The notes below the pieces were generated by a model. That model did not search any database and had not been told where the DNA came from. It saw nothing but the letters and a program-made list of their open reading frames with translations. Both the position numbers and the translations under genes were made by a program. Of a stretch of DNA of 32,000 nt, positions 31,668 through 32,000 are shown piece after piece. This DNA is from Paenibacillus tarimensis (GTDB lineage: Bacteria; Bacillota; Bacilli; Paenibacillales; Paenibacillaceae), in the NCBI RefSeq assembly GCF_021532315.1, contig NZ_JAKGAO010000007.1, positions 140,285 to 172,284 on the forward strand, in the 5' to 3' direction. Within the stretch, counting starts at the first letter, position 1. Every line of letters begins with the position of its first letter.

Positions 31668-31700
31668 AGATCATGACAGCTCTTGTCATGGTCTTTTTGT
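31668..31700 (+). terminator. Rho-independent terminator
   Basis: AGATCATGACA (31668-31678) pairs with TGTCATGGTCT (31684-31694), including one G-U pair. TTTTGTTGTT follows. Confidence 0.7.
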
Positions 31701-31939
31701 TGTTCAGGACAAGCAGACAATACACAATTTACATCAGGGTAAGCTGGTAGACGGTTATATTACTGGTTCGCAGGCATCATTCTTTCATCACAACTTTTTT
31801 TTATACTGTGTAAACACACAAGTAAGAACAGGGCGTAGTCAATCTCGTAAAAGCGGTCTTCACAGCTTCAAAGTAACGGGTAATCTGCTGTCTAGTCCGG
31901 GTACACTAATATTGAACTTCACTTTATTAGGGGGTTGTC

Positions 31940-32000
31940 ATGTCGAAGTTACAAATTCTCGTCGTAGACGATGAATGGAACATGCGGAACCTTCTCCGTG
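31940..32000 (+). CDS. 5' end of a response regulator (receiver domain), partial
   Basis: ATG at 31940 follows GGGGG. MSKLQILVVDDEWNMRNLLR matches the canonical receiver-domain N-terminus (ILVVDDE). The gene runs off the window. Confidence 0.6.
   Translation, partial: MSKLQILVVDDEWNMRNLLR

Noticed and set aside
31456-31974. 172-aa ORF overlapping the DUF326 gene and the response-regulator start
   Set aside because: It is out of frame with both supported genes and crosses the terminator at 31668-31700. It has no RBS and a nonsensical composition.

Overview
This window looks like a chromosomal segment of a spore-forming, fairly GC-rich Firmicute. The gene content (sspH, ylaJ-type lipoprotein, caa3 oxidase operon, Gram-positive type IV pilus genes) resembles Paenibacillus, but the taxon is inference only.

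Layout from left to right:
- 1-2454: the tail of a pilus minor-pilin operon, with a prepilin-type pseudopilin and a 586-aa PilX-like protein.
- ~2530-4560: a visibly AT-rich insert carrying an unusual agr-type peptide-signalling cassette.
- 4662-6161: a three-domain cell-wall amidase.
- 6224-6403 (-): sspH.
- 6576-10871 (-): a 1431-aa secreted multidomain protein, divergent from the pilus operon.
- 11245-18987: a complete Gram-positive type IV pilus core operon, pilB-pilT-pilC-pilA-pilD-pilMN-pilO.
- 18988-21473: small genes and a YlaJ-type sporulation lipoprotein.
- 21474-26391: ctaCDEFG (caa3 cytochrome c oxidase).
- 26530-31001: a YtrA/GntR-regulated ABC cluster followed by a NatAB/YhaQP-like exporter.
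- 31260-31646: a Cys-rich DUF326 protein.
- 31940-32000: the first codons of a response regulator.

The most interesting item is the agr-like cassette. It has AgrB and an AgrD-like 40-aa precursor that is too short for the ORF track. Where AgrC and AgrA would normally sit, there is only a polytopic membrane protein with no kinase domain and a LytTR DNA-binding domain with no receiver domain. This may be a phosphorelay-independent quorum-sensing architecture.

All family calls come from motif recognition by eye. No database search was possible.
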